A stretch of DNA of 64,000 bases, taken from the IMG/VR virus record IMGVR_UViG_3300021335_000003; one strand, written 5' to 3'. Positions 30,586 through 39,869 of this stretch are shown piece by piece; the first letter of the stretch is position 1; every line of letters begins with the position of its first letter. Source of the DNA: a virus. The translations under genes and the position numbers were made by a program. Below the pieces are notes generated by a model. It did no database searches. It was not told where the DNA came from and was given only the letters and a program-made list of their open reading frames with translations.

Positions 30586-32133
30586 CATTTGCCAAAATTC
30601 ATGTGTTTGACGGTTAGGATCACTTTCCCAACCTAGTACTTGTTTTACATATTCATCTTCTAATTTTAGATCCGTGCTGTGTTCTAATTTATGTATTTTA
30701 TTTACAATGTCTCTATCTTCAACATCACCTACTAGTTGTCCACCAGTGCCATAAACACTATTAGTTCCTAACCCAAATTCTTCAGCCCATTTTATCAAAT
30801 CTTTACGTCTTGCGTTTCGGATTTTCATATTGTTTATTTCTTTTCCGTTAGTTACTACCCAATCTCCGTTATCATCTACATAGTATTCAAACATATTTTC
30901 ATAAAACACAGGAGAACCCGGAAATACTAACATTGTAGTCCCAACTTCGATTTGTTTGATAGGATTGCCTGCAAATTGTCTGTTATTTTTCATCCATTCA
31001 TAATTTTCTTTATGATGTTTTTCTAGTTCGCCAGGATAACCCACAATCATTAAGAGTACTAAATTTATTTTATATTTTTTGTAATGTTCTAAATTTTCAT
31101 GCATTATTTTGTTAGAGAATTTTTTACGCATATGATCACGCACTTCTTCGCTAAAACTTTCAACTCCAATAATCATGCTATGCCATCTTGCTTTTCGCAT
31201 TTTTTTAAATATACGTTCAGGCATTCTTTTAAATATTGCAAGCCCTTGCATTCCTTTAAATGGCGAACCCGCAGCAATAATTAGATCAAGTAACTCTTCA
31301 AATTGTTTTGTGTTACCATTTACTAAGCTATCATAAAAGAAAAACCTATCAATGCCATAAGTATTTTTGTAGTGCATCATTTCGTCAAATATGTTTTGTG
31401 CGCTACGCCAACGGAATTTGGGCCAATATGCTTCTACATCACAAAATGTACATTTTCTAACACAGCCTCTACTACCAATAATTGCTAGTTCGTTACGCTT
31501 TTTATATTTTACATCTCTTACTTGATCACCTACAGGAGAACCTCCTGTGTATTGTGTTACATCTAAACCTGTATAGTCTGGAATTGCCAGATTGTCTAAA
31601 TTGTCTATTTGTTTTGTTTTTATTATACCAGGTTTATATTTTCCTTTTACAATATCAGGTAACACTTCCTCACCTTCACTTAACACTACAAAATCTGCAA
31701 GACCCATTTCTATTATATGTTTGCCGTATTGTGTCATAGGAGCACCTCCTGCAATTATAAGTTTTGCAGGGTCTAATTTTTTAACTTCTGTAGCAAGTTT
31801 TTTAAATGTAGGCAAACTTCTATGACTAAAACAACTTATACCAATATGTGTATGATTTGTAGAAACAATTTCTTTTGCCCAAGAACATATTTCGTCATCG
31901 TACATTTCTTCGCAAAACTGTTTAAATTCTTCACCTTTAAACAATGTTTGATCTGTTTCTAACCAAATACTGTGCCATTTGTCTGTGTGTATTGTTTTTT
32001 GCCATAAGTCAAAATTAAAGTCACGTATTTGTACATCTACTCCATGCTTTTTACAAGCGCCTTGTAAAAAACCAAGACTCAAAGGTGGCACATTTACACT
32101 GTGCTTTGGTATTACACATAAAAATAAACTCAC
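30580..32133 (-). CDS. Cobalamin-binding (class B) radical SAM methyltransferase-like enzyme
   Basis: PPLSLG, IGISCFS, IIAGG and SEGE in the B12-binding domain; GSRGCVRKCTFC; GVES; IVGYPGE. Confidence 0.85.
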   Translation of the reverse strand: MSLFLCVIPKHSVNVPPLSLGFLQGACKKHGVDVQIRDFNFDLWQKTIHTDKWHSIWLETDQTLFKGEEFKQFCEEMYDDEICSWAKEIVSTNHTHIGISCFSHRSLPTFKKLATEVKKLDPAKLIIAGGAPMTQYGKHIIEMGLADFVVLSEGEEVLPDIVKGKYKPGIIKTKQIDNLDNLAIPDYTGLDVTQYTGGSPVGDQVRDVKYKKRNELAIIGSRGCVRKCTFCDVEAYWPKFRWRSAQNIFDEMMHYKNTYGIDRFFFYDSLVNGNTKQFEELLDLIIAAGSPFKGMQGLAIFKRMPERIFKKMRKARWHSMIIGVESFSEEVRDHMRKKFSNKIMHENLEHYKKYKINLVLLMIVGYPGELEKHHKENYEWMKNNRQFAGNPIKQIEVGTTMLVFPGSPVFYENMFEYYVDDNGDWVVTNGKEINNMKIRNARRKDLIKWAEEFGLGTNSVYGTGGQLVGDVEDRDIVNKIHKLEHSTDLKLEDEYVKQVLGWESDPNRQTHEFWQML

Positions 32134-33326
32134 ACGTTATCCCAAATCATTTTATCATTACACATTTTAAAAAGTATTCCTGTACGTGTATTTAATAAAC
32201 TTGCGTGTTCGCCTACGTGTTCAACAGCAACATTTACAAAGTAAGCTCTTCCTGGTTTAAACATATATTCAACACGTTTTTCAAACGTCATTTTCATTTC
32301 AGCAAATGGAATTATAATTCTAAATCCTTGTGTTGTATAATCTTCGTGATCCTTATGAGATTTTGTTTTCCATCCTTTGTGAGTAGTAATATAATTTACT
32401 CTGCATATATCATCAAACTTATCTAACAAATCTCTAGTAGCAGGACCTACTGACTCTTTTAATTCTAAACTTCCTGGTTTGTTTAAACTTACACCTTGAT
32501 ATACACTACTTCTAAATCCCAGGTATGTCATTAAAATTATGTTTATACTTGGACTTATTACAAAATCATTTAGGCGTTTAAGCATATAATTATCTTTTTT
32601 ATCAAAATCATCAAATTCTTTTTGTAGAACATCTACATCTACAGATAATCCTAAATCTACAACATAAGGATATTTTTCTGGTTGTGTAGGATATTTTGCT
32701 TTTACAGGTAAAGTTTCCTCATTTTTCATTTCAAGAAGATATGGATCGTATTTTTTAAAAAGTTTTTCAAAATCTATACTAAAAATATGTTGATCTACAC
32801 CATTAAGACTTTTTATACCTTTGTAATCAAATTCTTGATGCAAGATGTTTCCTGCTACATCTGCATAGCCTTTGTGTTTTAAAGCCCGCACTTGTGCAGT
32901 CATTTTTCTGTTATACTCATATACAGTTAATATTAATTCTTTTTTACCTAACTCGCAAGCTCTTATGGATTGATGTGTTAAAAACCCAAATTCTTTGAAA
33001 TTTAAACTTCTAAATTTTGCTCTTTTAGATTTAAGTGTATATGTTAAATATCCACCTCTATAAGTGTTGTTATCAATTTCATATCCTGCACTAATCGCAA
33101 CATTAGGCATCAACCACACTTTATCTATTTTTTCATCGTTCCATTTTACATTAGATGCTTTATATGCATTCTGATATTCTTCTTCGCTTAGTTTATTATT
33201 TGTTATTCTTTTTAGTTTGTTTAAGCCATAATTCATATAACTTAAAGGCAAATTTAAATCTTCTTCAAATATTTTTTCTCTAAATTTAGTAATTTTAGGA
33301 TCATCTTTATCTAACATAATTATCAT
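32130..33326 (-). CDS. Fusion of an N-terminal GNAT-like/unknown domain and a C-terminal Asp/Asn beta-hydroxylase-like 2OG-Fe(II) oxygenase
   Basis: C-terminal HKD...RIIIP...GRAYFVNVAVEH..R facial-triad pattern. Confidence 0.55.
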   Translation of the reverse strand: MIIMLDKDDPKITKFREKIFEEDLNLPLSYMNYGLNKLKRITNNKLSEEEYQNAYKASNVKWNDEKIDKVWLMPNVAISAGYEIDNNTYRGGYLTYTLKSKRAKFRSLNFKEFGFLTHQSIRACELGKKELILTVYEYNRKMTAQVRALKHKGYADVAGNILHQEFDYKGIKSLNGVDQHIFSIDFEKLFKKYDPYLLEMKNEETLPVKAKYPTQPEKYPYVVDLGLSVDVDVLQKEFDDFDKKDNYMLKRLNDFVISPSINIILMTYLGFRSSVYQGVSLNKPGSLELKESVGPATRDLLDKFDDICRVNYITTHKGWKTKSHKDHEDYTTQGFRIIIPFAEMKMTFEKRVEYMFKPGRAYFVNVAVEHVGEHASLLNTRTGILFKMCNDKMIWDNV

Positions 33327-34084
33327 TTTAAAGATTCCTTTTTCATCAAAAACTTTTCAATAATCCAACCATCTAAGTCCCATTCCCACCATTTGACTTT
33401 TGTAGTATAACTGCCAGGATTAGCATGATGATTGTTATGCCATCCGCTTCCACCAAAAGTTGCATAAAGATTTACCCACCAATTATTTGTGCTTTGGTCT
33501 TTTGTTTCAAAATTTCTATATCCAAATTTATGACATAGTATGTTTATTGCTGCACCACTTAAAAGTCCTGTTGCTCCTGGAATAGCAAATAGATAAATTG
33601 CAATACGTGGATCTATAATAAATGCAACTATTAATGTTAAATACCAAATTGTAAAGTACCAATCACGCAAAAATTTATGAAATGGATTTCGTAGCAAATC
33701 TCTAACTACACTAGGATTTACTGGAACTTTATCATTTAACCAAAAAAATGTTTTCCAAGTTTCTGAAGCAGGATGAGGATCACCTTCCCTATCACTGTTT
33801 TTATGATGTACTCTATGATTAGCCGTCCAAGTTAAACTAGGACCAAAACCACCATATACTCCTAAGAATGTTAAAATGTTTTCTACTGTTCTGCTTGTAG
33901 TAAAACTTCTATGCGATAGTAATCTATGATAACCAATTTCTAAACCTAAATTAGCAAATATATATTTTCCAAACACAGATAACAGTAGCCATATAGGATC
34001 CCAATAAAATATTAAACCAATAATGCTTGTTATGTAAAGCACTGATTGTAAAAATAATAGTTTTTGATGAAAAGTTTTTAACAT
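33323..34084 (-). CDS. Membrane fatty-acid desaturase (delta-9/DesC-like)
   Basis: Three His boxes (HRLLSH, HRVHH, HNNHH), DPHP motif and hydrophobic TM segments. Confidence 0.9.
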   Translation of the reverse strand: MLKTFHQKLLFLQSVLYITSIIGLIFYWDPIWLLLSVFGKYIFANLGLEIGYHRLLSHRSFTTSRTVENILTFLGVYGGFGPSLTWTANHRVHHKNSDREGDPHPASETWKTFFWLNDKVPVNPSVVRDLLRNPFHKFLRDWYFTIWYLTLIVAFIIDPRIAIYLFAIPGATGLLSGAAINILCHKFGYRNFETKDQSTNNWWVNLYATFGGSGWHNNHHANPGSYTTKVKWWEWDLDGWIIEKFLMKKESLK

Positions 34085-34087
34085 TTT

Positions 34088-34885
34088 TTAACCTTCTAAA
34101 TATAAATCTACTTCTTCTGATCCTTGTATGTGTAATGCATAACTGTTTGATTGTTTTGCTTTTACAATTTGTTCTTGTAATGTATGCTTCAACTGTCTTT
34201 TTACATTTGCATCTTTATATTGTATATAGTTTGTAGGATGAAATACATCGCTTTGATAAATTGAAACTTGTTCGCTATGTGTAGTATATCCATTGACATC
34301 GCAGAATTTTTTTGCAACATGTGTTGTTAGCATAGGTCCATTACCATAATCTACATAACTAAATCTTTTATCTACAGGCAAGTCTAATTGTTCTAAAAAA
34401 GCATCAAGCATTTCATTTATAAATTTTCCTCTTGGCTCACTGCCTATTAAATTATTACAAAGGTATATGTCTGTATTGTAAAAATTATAAACATTTACAA
34501 AGTTCTTTACGCAATCTCTTAAACTTAAACCTGTTGGTGTTTTTTTAAGTTTTTTATTTTCTGGTATATGCGGAAATTGATATGTGCAAAAAGCAGGAGT
34601 ACTTAAAAAATTTTTTATATCTTTTAAAAACATAACATCTAAATCTGCATACACTCCGCCATATTTTTTTAAAATGCATAATCTGACATAATCTGAAATC
34701 ATGGTTGGACCATAGTGTTTTTTTAAATACTTGTAGGTTTTGTCGTTTCTAAATTCTGCTTCTATATTTTCATCACGCCAATTAGTAATTCTAAAGTTTG
34801 GCATAGCATCACGCCAAGTTGGCGTAAAATCAAAAGTAGGTATTTTTTCACCTATCCAAACATTATGTAGAACACTAGGTATCAT
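34088..34885 (-). CDS. GT32 (Och1-like DxD) glycosyltransferase
   Basis: MIPSVLHNVWIG and SDYVRL...YGGVYADLDV motifs. Confidence 0.85.
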   Translation of the reverse strand: MIPSVLHNVWIGEKIPTFDFTPTWRDAMPNFRITNWRDENIEAEFRNDKTYKYLKKHYGPTMISDYVRLCILKKYGGVYADLDVMFLKDIKNFLSTPAFCTYQFPHIPENKKLKKTPTGLSLRDCVKNFVNVYNFYNTDIYLCNNLIGSEPRGKFINEMLDAFLEQLDLPVDKRFSYVDYGNGPMLTTHVAKKFCDVNGYTTHSEQVSIYQSDVFHPTNYIQYKDANVKRQLKHTLQEQIVKAKQSNSYALHIQGSEEVDLYLEG

Positions 34886-35465
34886 GTAAAATTCTATCTA
34901 ATTCGTTAAATGATATATTTGATTGCCAATTACAAGCAACTCTATAATGATTATCAGGATGATCAGGTATAAGTTCATATGCCCCATGAAGTATTTTTGT
35001 ATTCATAATATGAGGAGTTGACATATTATGCACTTCAGCAGGTTCAAACCAATCGCAATGTTGAATTGTGTATTCTATACCACCTGGAGCAATCCTATCT
35101 ACATCATAAATTTTGTCCTTAGGAGGATCATAAAATGCTGTACCTGCCCCTTCACTATGTACAACAGGAAAAAATAAACTACCTTCTTTATCGTGATTAT
35201 GTGGCTCACATTGATAAAGCTGCTTCGACGGATCATTATAAGATAAAAATAAAATACCTGGCGTCAAATTAAGAGAATTTTTAAATTCAGATAAAATAGG
35301 AAATTTATCGTACATAATTTTTAGAGTTTCTTCAGTAGATCCTGCATAATGCATATATTTGTACCTACCTTGAAAACGTTTGTCATTTTGCACAAGATTC
35401 CATACACCTTTAATTGCTTCAAATACATCATGTATAATAGGATTATCAATTTCTTTCACATACAT
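34875..35465 (-). CDS. Putative 2OG-Fe(II) oxygenase/cupin
   Basis: PHNHD, GTAFY and NTKILH...R motifs. Confidence 0.45.
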   Translation of the reverse strand: MYVKEIDNPIIHDVFEAIKGVWNLVQNDKRFQGRYKYMHYAGSTEETLKIMYDKFPILSEFKNSLNLTPGILFLSYNDPSKQLYQCEPHNHDKEGSLFFPVVHSEGAGTAFYDPPKDKIYDVDRIAPGGIEYTIQHCDWFEPAEVHNMSTPHIMNTKILHGAYELIPDHPDNHYRVACNWQSNISFNELDRILHDT

Positions 35466-35467
35466 AA

Positions 35468-35953
35468 TTAAAACCTTTTATTGATTGTAATATAATTATC
35501 ATATTTTTTGTGCCAACCTGTGATTTCTTCAATTTCCGAAAAATATGTTTTCCAGTTTTTATTCCAGTCTTCGTAATCTTTATAGAAAAAATTTAATTTG
35601 CCTATGTTATCATTTTTCCAATTAATCCAGGCGTAATAAATATCTTCTGTTTTCTTTTCTTCTTTGTTAGGAAAATTATGAGATACCCAAAAATCTACTC
35701 TGCGTTTCTTTATACTTTTCCAAAATGCGTCAAAATCTTTACAGGTTGCAATGTAAAATACATTTGGATCTAATTCTAGCAATGAACCAGAAGGTCCGTG
35801 TATATTGTAGTAAGCAGGATTTTGTCCTAATGGTGTTAAGTGCTTCCAAAATGTTTGTTTGCGTGTTACTGTAAAGTTTTCTTTTACAGTAGCATGTAAC
35901 CAGTTTGTGCCAGTTCGTTGCAAACCAATTACATGATAATGTTTGTACTTCAC
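35468..35953 (-). CDS. Short sulfotransferase-like (PAPS-binding P-loop) protein
   Basis: GLQRTGTNWL 5'-PSB-like motif, WKH and YED. Confidence 0.55.
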   Translation of the reverse strand: MKYKHYHVIGLQRTGTNWLHATVKENFTVTRKQTFWKHLTPLGQNPAYYNIHGPSGSLLELDPNVFYIATCKDFDAFWKSIKKRRVDFWVSHNFPNKEEKKTEDIYYAWINWKNDNIGKLNFFYKDYEDWNKNWKTYFSEIEEITGWHKKYDNYITINKRF

Positions 35954-36663
35954 ATAAGAACCTTTTGACTATCCAAACTTATTATTAAATGATTGCGAGG
36001 AGTATTTCCTCCATTTACAGCATAATGTTTTACACCTGGATTTACCAGCCAAACACTACCATCAGCAGGAATATGCTCTCTATATTCGTTACCGTCTTTA
36101 TCCCAACCGCCGTTAAAACATTTATCATTAGTTTCTAGTGCAATGTGCAGTCTTATACCATAAAGTGTGTCATAGTCTATATGAGGTTTAACTTCGCTAT
36201 GTGGTGCTAGATTTGCAAATCGAGTCCTGTGCGACCCTGTGAACGTGTCGAGTACCTCACGTAAATACAAAGGAACATCATCTTTAACTTTTCTATACCA
36301 GCGTTCATCTGCTTTAGGATCACGTTTTGCTACTCTTGTATCCCAAGCACTACCACTTAATTCAGTCCTTTGGCTTATATCATATGACTCGTCAAACTCA
36401 GTCAAACTTAATTGTTGATAACTAGACGTTTCCCAGTCTAAATCACAAACACAATCAACTTTCTCTAGTTCTTCTTCTTTGAAAAACATTTTTGGAAGTT
36501 TAGTATGTGTTTCGCACATATGAGCGTAGTCACTGCCAAGCCCATCCCAAACTTTGTCTGCTGCAAACTGATTTAATTCTTCCTTGAGTCTTTTGATGTC
36601 AAATCTGTAATCAAGTCTAGCAATGACTGGTAGTTCGTGTCGTCCTTTCCAGCTACTTGACAT
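35950..36663 (-). CDS. Aspartyl/asparaginyl beta-hydroxylase-family 2OG-Fe(II) oxygenase
   Basis: PHID, RLHIAL and GSVWLVN...H.A.N.G..PR.HL motifs; GGAGG RBS before 36663. Confidence 0.8.
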   Translation of the reverse strand: MSSSWKGRHELPVIARLDYRFDIKRLKEELNQFAADKVWDGLGSDYAHMCETHTKLPKMFFKEEELEKVDCVCDLDWETSSYQQLSLTEFDESYDISQRTELSGSAWDTRVAKRDPKADERWYRKVKDDVPLYLREVLDTFTGSHRTRFANLAPHSEVKPHIDYDTLYGIRLHIALETNDKCFNGGWDKDGNEYREHIPADGSVWLVNPGVKHYAVNGGNTPRNHLIISLDSQKVLM

Positions 36664-36702
36664 TTTAACCTCCAATATACTTCTCCAACTGTATTTAATC
36701 CT

Positions 36703-37422
36703 TTAGACCACAGGTGTGGTTTTATCTTTGATGAATATTTTTTCAATTATCCAACCAATCAAATCATATCTGTGTAATCTGTACTTATTTGGATTATCAT
36801 GATGCACATCATGGAAAGCATCACCAAATGTAATTAAAGCTAACCAAAGAACGGTTCTTGGTTGATAATCTTTATGTGCCCAACTTAAAACTAAAGTTCC
36901 AAAAAACAAAGTCAATGCTGCCGGAAAAAGTAATCCATAAACTGCGAACATAGGATTTATAAGTAAAAATAAAATTAAAACACTGAAACATATTTTTGTG
37001 TAGTATTTGTGTTGCCATTTATAAAAGCGGTCACGCATTAAATCTGTAGCATATCTGCCTTCTACTTCAGCAAACGCAGTAAAAAATTGCACTCTCCAGA
37101 ATCCTAAATGATCTGGGCTATGTGGATCTTTGTCTGTATCTGCAAACTTATGATGTTTTCTATGTATTGCTATCCAAGTTATAGCACTTCCAGTGAAACT
37201 AAAAGTTGTAATGAAAGCAAGTGTATATTCCAACCATTTAGGACAAGTGAAACTTCGATGGGTTAGTAACCTATGATAAGTCATTATCATGCCTAGTCCA
37301 TTGAATACAAAATACAATAATGCACCAACTAGCCACTGCCACCAACTTGCAAACATAATCATAGGTATTACTGATAGATATGATAAAATTTGTAATCCAA
37401 ATATTTGGAATCTAATATTCAT
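36703..37422 (-). CDS. Second membrane fatty-acid desaturase
   Basis: His boxes HRLLTH, HRKHH and HDVHH; DPHSP. Confidence 0.9.
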   Translation of the reverse strand: MNIRFQIFGLQILSYLSVIPMIMFASWWQWLVGALLYFVFNGLGMIMTYHRLLTHRSFTCPKWLEYTLAFITTFSFTGSAITWIAIHRKHHKFADTDKDPHSPDHLGFWRVQFFTAFAEVEGRYATDLMRDRFYKWQHKYYTKICFSVLILFLLINPMFAVYGLLFPAALTLFFGTLVLSWAHKDYQPRTVLWLALITFGDAFHDVHHDNPNKYRLHRYDLIGWIIEKIFIKDKTTPVV

Positions 37423-37463
37423 TGATAGTCCTATACAAATGTACTACATTTAATATAGCATAC

Positions 37464-39860
37464 TTATCTGCCTCTGTCAAATCTATTTACACGAGTTATG
37501 CTAATGCCGCTGCCTATATTCAAGCCAGTACCGATGTTTGCAGCACGTTTAGGTGGTGTTGTTTGTGTAAGTTGTGAAATATCTTGATAACCTACTTTTG
37601 CTGCACCGCCTTCTAAACTGTTGTAATCACTCCAATTACTATCAGTTGGGCTTGTTGATTCTGTTCCGTAATAAAAATCTGATGCTGCTTGATTTTCCAG
37701 TCCAGACAAATAACTTTTAACATTTGTATATGTCCAGTTTCTATTCAAACCGACTAGTGTAGCAATAAATCCTGCTCCTACAGGACATGCAGCACTTGTA
37801 CCGCCAAATGCGCAATCCTCTGGAATACCTGAACCTGAACCACTGTTAGCAGTAAATCCTGGATATGTGTTAGGGTACTGTCCTTCTGATGTGTAACCTC
37901 GGTTAGCTGCTAGTGTTCCGTCTGCTGCAAAATATGCATCAATTCCATTGCCTCTATCGCTGTAATTAACTTTACGCTCTAAATTACCTGTTGCGTATTC
38001 ATCATCTAGCGCACCAATATTAATTGTTCCATATTCAATTTCACCTTGTGTAACACGTATTTCTCCACCCATACTAGAATGGTTTAAACATTTATAGTAG
38101 TATGTTCCAATTTCAGTAGGTGTCCAAGTAATAGTTGATCCACCATAAGCACCTTGTCCTGTAGCACCTGAAACTTGATCACCGGCTCCTGAAGTATTTG
38201 ATGTCTTAATAAACATAGTATGACTAGAATCAGCATCATTTGTAAGTTCAATTGTGTCGCCAGTTCTAACAGTGATAGGACCATTGTTGTAATCAATAGC
38301 ACCTGTTCTATCAGTGCCAACTATTCTATAATATGCAGTTCCTGCAGGTGCAGTTGCATTAAATGTGTATGTTGCTTGATTTACTGCACTCTTTCCACCT
38401 TGCTGAGGAAATCCACGTCTGTTAGTTGTGCCTGTTGTTTCTACACTGAATTCAAAGAAACTGCTTTCCTCTAAGGTGTCAAACGGATCTGTTGCAATAT
38501 AATTTGGAAAATCTTGGTGATCCCAATTGACTTGTTTTTGATTACTATTACCAGCAGCGCACACAAATAATACACCAGATTCTATTAATTCATCTAGTGC
38601 TGTTGTAAGAGAGTTGGTTTTCATTTCACTTTTCCAACGTCCGCCATCGCCAGTTAATCCCATGTGTGATAACCATACTGGTTCAGAGGTATATGCTGTT
38701 GCATCGCCTTCTCTAAAGTGATAATAATATGTTCCAACTGGATTTTTGTTAGCTCTGTATCCCCAACTGTTTGAACTTACTGTTGGATCTTGTGTGCCAT
38801 ATTTTGAGTTAACTGGTTTTGTATTATGAAAAATCTTTTGAATATCAAACCCACGTTCAATATCTGATCCGTTGGTTCCGTAAAGATTTAAAACCCATTT
38901 GTTTGCATTGTAAGCCCAACCTTGTGTTCTACCGTATGTAAGCGCCATACAGGGCGTACAGTGATTGCCTACGCTGCTTTGTGCTGTGTTGCTACCATTA
39001 CAGTAACTACGTGTATAGCCTGTTGTAATGCTTGTAGTAGTACCTGCACTTGGATATTTTCCATTAAACGTATCACTTCTGTTGGCAGTGCTTGTCCACC
39101 AATTACGTGCAAAACTTTCTACAGGAACAGTTGTACCGTCCCAGCGTGTGGTAAGTCTATTTGCAGCATCTGCATCAAAATAGTCTGGATCTAAATAGTA
39201 CGGTGCATCTAAAACTAAATCTAAAACATCGCAAGTACCGTCTCCTGGCAAAACATTACCACCTGTGTATCCGTCTGGATTAGGAGCATCTGTGCAATTG
39301 TTTTGGAATTCAGGATGACCAATCCATCCACCGCCATCATCTGCTACAATAACATCAACATCGGCACCGTCTCCATATTGTTGCGGAACCGCTTCTAAGA
39401 TATAATTGTCTGCTCTACTTTCATCTACCCATCTATCTAATTTTTGTCCGTGTCTTATAAGTGACCAACTAGCTCTATTTACTTCGGTACTATCTGGAGT
39501 ACCGCCCGGCAGTGTATTACTATTTTCAAATTCTCTATACAATTTTACTGATGAACTGTATCTGTTTAGAAGATCAGGCGAACTTGATTGAAGTTCTTCC
39601 GGAGGCGGAGCATAAGTTTCTGGATAAAGAACATAATCAATATTGATAAATCTAATCCTGCTATCTGCTTTTAGTGCTGTTGCTTCATCGTCAGTAAGTA
39701 GAAATGTACCTCTTGTTGGCGAGTGGACTTTGTCATCATGACAAGTACAAGCTCTATCTGGAATATTAGCAACTCCGTCTGTTGCTTCGCAAAGTAACTC
39801 GTGTATCTCGTGATATTGCTCGGCAGTGTGAGTACCTAGTTGATAATACTTCTCAGTCAT
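37464..39860 (-). CDS. S8 subtilisin-like serine peptidase (probably virion-associated) with an inserted cupredoxin-like domain
   Basis: VIVADDG (Asp), NHCTPC (His), AAGN oxyanion and FGGTSAACP (Ser). Insert ends YYYKCLNHSSMGG. Confidence 0.8.
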   Translation of the reverse strand: MTEKYYQLGTHTAEQYHEIHELLCEATDGVANIPDRACTCHDDKVHSPTRGTFLLTDDEATALKADSRIRFINIDYVLYPETYAPPPEELQSSSPDLLNRYSSSVKLYREFENSNTLPGGTPDSTEVNRASWSLIRHGQKLDRWVDESRADNYILEAVPQQYGDGADVDVIVADDGGGWIGHPEFQNNCTDAPNPDGYTGGNVLPGDGTCDVLDLVLDAPYYLDPDYFDADAANRLTTRWDGTTVPVESFARNWWTSTANRSDTFNGKYPSAGTTTSITTGYTRSYCNGSNTAQSSVGNHCTPCMALTYGRTQGWAYNANKWVLNLYGTNGSDIERGFDIQKIFHNTKPVNSKYGTQDPTVSSNSWGYRANKNPVGTYYYHFREGDATAYTSEPVWLSHMGLTGDGGRWKSEMKTNSLTTALDELIESGVLFVCAAGNSNQKQVNWDHQDFPNYIATDPFDTLEESSFFEFSVETTGTTNRRGFPQQGGKSAVNQATYTFNATAPAGTAYYRIVGTDRTGAIDYNNGPITVRTGDTIELTNDADSSHTMFIKTSNTSGAGDQVSGATGQGAYGGSTITWTPTEIGTYYYKCLNHSSMGGEIRVTQGEIEYGTINIGALDDEYATGNLERKVNYSDRGNGIDAYFAADGTLAANRGYTSEGQYPNTYPGFTANSGSGSGIPEDCAFGGTSAACPVGAGFIATLVGLNRNWTYTNVKSYLSGLENQAASDFYYGTESTSPTDSNWSDYNSLEGGAAKVGYQDISQLTQTTPPKRAANIGTGLNIGSGISITRVNRFDRGR

Positions 39861-39869
39861 TATATCTCC

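Noticed and set aside
3510-37422. Interpreting the island as a bacterial capsule/LPS locus
   Set aside because: It lacks transporters, polymerase/flippase and cellular housekeeping genes, and is interleaved with phage fibre genes and late-like promoters.
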